Of a stretch of DNA of 64,000 bases, positions 61,311 through 64,000 are shown piece after piece (positions within the stretch are counted from its first letter, which is position 1; each line of letters opens with the position of its first letter). Source of the DNA: Mycoplasmatota bacterium (GTDB taxonomy: Bacteria; Bacillota_I; Bacilli_A; RF39; UBA660). The position numbers and the translations under genes are program-made. A model generated the notes under the pieces. That model did no database searches. It saw nothing but the letters and a program-made list of their open reading frames with translations, and was not told the origin of the DNA. The stretch is taken from the NCBI GenBank assembly GCA_022771205.1, contig JALFCF010000005.1, forward strand, positions 90,399-154,398. The letters run 5' to 3'.

Positions 61311-62906
61311 ATGAAAGAAAAGAGAAAGTTAAAACTCAAAAAATTTTATTTTCATCCAATTACAGTATTCCTATTTTTAACCTTATTAATGATGATATTA
61401 AGTGGTATTTTATCTGTATTTGAAATGCAGGCAACATATAATACTATTAACCCAAATACCAATGATTTAGAACCAACATTAGTAGCGGTAAAAAATTTAT
61501 TTAGTTTTGATGGAATGAAATTTTTAATAGGAGATGCCACGACTAACTTTATTAGTTTTGCTCCATTGGGAACCTTATTACTAGCATTGATTGGAATAAC
61601 CATAGCAGAAGCTACAGGATTTATAGAAACACTATCTAAAAGATTTTTCAAAAAGATGCCAAAAGAAGTGTTTACATTTATTATAATTTTTATTGCAACT
61701 ATATCCTCTTTGATTAATGAAGTTGGGTATGCAATTTTAATTCCTCTAATAGCTCTAATCTATTTTATGAATGGCCGTAATCCAATACTAGGTATAGTAA
61801 CAGCTTTTTGTGGAGTAGCGTTTGGATATGGAGTAACCATATTTGTTGGATCTATGGAAGTTGCGCTAATGGATTATACTAGAACAGCAGCTTGGTTAGT
61901 AGATGATACGATGCACATTTCTTTAACTTCTAACTTATTTTTTATTCTAGCAACTTCAATATTAATTTCTATTATAGGAACAATAATTATTGAGAAGATT
62001 ATTGCTCCAAAAATTGGAAAATATAAAAAAGAAGAAGAGTTTGCAAAAACAGAACAATATAGAATAATCAATTTAGAAGAAGAAGAACAGAAAAGAATAG
62101 AAAAAGATAAGTATGAAAAACGAGGATTAAGATTTGCTTTAATCACTTGTATAATAGTAATTTTATTGTTTATATATATGTTAATTCCAGGATTACCATA
62201 TTCAGGAATGTTACTAGATATGAACGAAAATACATATTTAAACCAATTGTTTGGAACTAAGTCATATTTTCAATCAGGATTTACATATTTAGTGACTCTA
62301 TTATTAATAGTAACAGGATTAGCTTATGGTATTGGTGCTAAATCCATAAAAAATGATAAAAAACTATTAGAAGAAGTAGGAAATAAATTTAGTAAAACAG
62401 GATATATATTTGTTTTAATATTTGTAGTATCACAATTTATTGCTGTGTTTAAAGAAACTAATATAGGATTAATTATTACAGCATGGTTAGCAAATTTATT
62501 AGAACATTTAGAATTCAGTGGTATACCACTAATAGTAGTGACATTAATAATTATTGGTTTATCTAATTTATTTTTAACGAGTCCTACAACTAAATGGATG
62601 ATTTTTTCACCAATTGTTGTACCGATGTTTATGCAGGCAAATATATCTCCACAATTTGCTCAAATTGTAATGAGAATAGGAAACTCTATGACAAATGGTT
62701 TTACACCTATGTTAGCATCTTTTGTTATTTACATAGGATATCTTAATATATACAATTTAAATAAGAGTAAACCATATACAATAAAAAAATCTTTAAAATT
62801 AATTACTCCATATTTTTTAATTATTTTTGTTGTTTGGATTTTAATTGTTGTAGGATGGTATATTACAGGATTGCCTATTGGCCCAGGAGTTTTTCCAACA
62901 TTATAA
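61311..62906 (+). CDS. AbgT-family transporter
   Basis: NFISFAPLGTLLLALIGITIAEATGFIETLSKRF resembles the AbgT N-terminal signature. About 12 TM helices. Confidence 0.55.
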   Translation: MKEKRKLKLKKFYFHPITVFLFLTLLMMILSGILSVFEMQATYNTINPNTNDLEPTLVAVKNLFSFDGMKFLIGDATTNFISFAPLGTLLLALIGITIAEATGFIETLSKRFFKKMPKEVFTFIIIFIATISSLINEVGYAILIPLIALIYFMNGRNPILGIVTAFCGVAFGYGVTIFVGSMEVALMDYTRTAAWLVDDTMHISLTSNLFFILATSILISIIGTIIIEKIIAPKIGKYKKEEEFAKTEQYRIINLEEEEQKRIEKDKYEKRGLRFALITCIIVILLFIYMLIPGLPYSGMLLDMNENTYLNQLFGTKSYFQSGFTYLVTLLLIVTGLAYGIGAKSIKNDKKLLEEVGNKFSKTGYIFVLIFVVSQFIAVFKETNIGLIITAWLANLLEHLEFSGIPLIVVTLIIIGLSNLFLTSPTTKWMIFSPIVVPMFMQANISPQFAQIVMRIGNSMTNGFTPMLASFVIYIGYLNIYNLNKSKPYTIKKSLKLITPYFLIIFVVWILIVVGWYITGLPIGPGVFPTL

Positions 62907-62907
62907 A

Positions 62908-62927
62908 CACCATTTGGTGTTTTTTTC
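62908..62927 (+). terminator. intrinsic terminator after the abgT-like gene
   Basis: ACACC-ATTT-GGTGT hairpin followed by T6. Confidence 0.45.
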
Positions 62928-63055
62928 TTGTAAAAAATACCAAACCATATATAATAAGTTACAGATGAAATAAATTAGATTATAAAATATTATAATCATC
63001 ATTAGTCAAAAAATCATTCAATATGTTATAATAAGAAAAGAAAAGAGGTATAAAT

Positions 63056-64000
63056 ATGAGTTTAACAGCAGGAATTGTAGGTTTACCAAATGTGGGAAAA
63101 TCAACACTTTTTAACGCAATAACAAATCAAAAAATATTAGCAGAAAACTATCCTTTTGCAACAATAGAGCCGAATGTTGGAGTTGTTACAGTACCAGATG
63201 AAAGAATGGATAAACTAAAAGAGATGTATGATCCGAATAGATTTATACCAACAGCATATGAATTTACAGATATTGCTGGTTTGGTAAAGGGAGCATCACA
63301 AGGAGAAGGATTAGGAAATAAATTTTTATCGCATATTCGAGAAGTAGATGCTATAGTAGAAGTAGTACGTTGTTTTGATGACGGTAAAATTATTCATGTA
63401 GATGGTAATATTGATCCAATAAGAGATATAGAAACTATTAATTTAGAATTAGCAATTGCAGATTTAGATGTAATTAATAATAGATTAGAAAGAGTATCTA
63501 AAAAAGCACGTACAACAAAAAATAAGGATGATTTAGTAGAAGTAGATGCTTTAGAAAAAGCAAAAAAAGCATTGGAAGAAAACTGTGCATTAAGACAAGT
63601 TCCTTTTACAGAAGATGAATTAAAAGCTTTAAAATCGTATAGTTTCTTAACATTAAAACCCATTATCTATTTAGCAAATATTAAGGAAAGTGAGCTAGGT
63701 AATCCTGATAATGAATATGTACAGCAAGTAAAAGAGTATGCTCAAAAAGAAAATGCTAAAGTAGTAAGTTTATGTGCTAAAGTGGAAGAAGATTTAAGCG
63801 AGTTGACAAAAGAAGAAAAGGAAGAAATGTTAGAAGCACTAGGATTAGATGGCTCAGGTCTAGACAGATTAATTCAAGCAACATATGATATTTTAGGATT
63901 AGCAACATATTTTACAGTTGGAAAAGATGAAGTAAGAGCGTGGACATTTAAAAAAGGCATGAATGCTAAACAATGTGCGGGTATTATTCATACAGATTTT
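63056..64000 (+). CDS. ychF: ribosome-binding ATPase YchF (C-terminus beyond window)
   Basis: MSLTAGIVGLPNVGKSTLFNAIT; Obg-family G-motifs. ATG at 63056 behind AGAGG. No stop within the window. Confidence 0.9.
   Translation, partial: MSLTAGIVGLPNVGKSTLFNAITNQKILAENYPFATIEPNVGVVTVPDERMDKLKEMYDPNRFIPTAYEFTDIAGLVKGASQGEGLGNKFLSHIREVDAIVEVVRCFDDGKIIHVDGNIDPIRDIETINLELAIADLDVINNRLERVSKKARTTKNKDDLVEVDALEKAKKALEENCALRQVPFTEDELKALKSYSFLTLKPIIYLANIKESELGNPDNEYVQQVKEYAQKENAKVVSLCAKVEEDLSELTKEEKEEMLEALGLDGSGLDRLIQATYDILGLATYFTVGKDEVRAWTFKKGMNAKQCAGIIHTDF

Overview
This is an AT-rich window (roughly 28-30% GC by eye) from a low-GC Gram-positive (Bacillota) chromosome, and it spans the replication origin.

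**Layout.**
- Positions 1 to about 50.8 kb form one long minus-strand block of housekeeping and sporulation-associated genes in Bacillus-like origin-proximal order.
- The genes in that block are rplL-rplJ-rplA-rplK, nusG, secE, sigH-like sigma, rlmB, mrnC, cysS, clpC, lysS, dusB, mscL, ftsH, tilS, divIC, yabQ, yabP, spoVG, veg, yabG, ksgA, tatD, metS with a T-box leader, spoVT, mfd, pth, rsmI, ricT, holB, a bofA-like gene, recR, ybaB, dnaX, tadA, an unannotated small SRP RNA, gyrA, gyrB, recF, dnaN and dnaA.
- DnaA-box clusters flank dnaA at about 49.2 kb and 50.8 kb, which I read as a bipartite oriC.
- The strand switches at oriC. The plus strand then carries rpmH (missed by the ORF track), rnpA, yidC, jag, mnmE, mnmG, rsmG, a noc-like parB, soj and spo0J, followed by mscS, DUF951, abgT and a partial ychF.

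**Caveats.**
- The ORF track uses alternative start codons and read-through N-termini; I corrected several starts by locating an SD-preceded ATG/GTG.
- No rRNA, tRNA, CRISPR or transposase/integrase was detected.

**Most notable content.**
1. A SipW-type (ER-type) signal peptidase with three tandem TasA/camelysin-like paralogs sits between tatD and ksgA.
2. A ComK-family gene sits between dnaN and recF, and a SigH-like sigma factor is nearby.
3. A 0.7-kb non-coding AT-rich island after gyrA carries a repeated 21-bp CACGTG-centred palindrome.
4. The Noc-like ParB has a roughly 280-aa low-complexity extension.
5. FtsH carries a Rho-N/SAP-like C-terminal tail.
6. A conserved NUDIX gene has its N-terminus interrupted by an in-frame stop at codon 3.
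7. The Bacillus synteny is compacted, with several expected genes absent.
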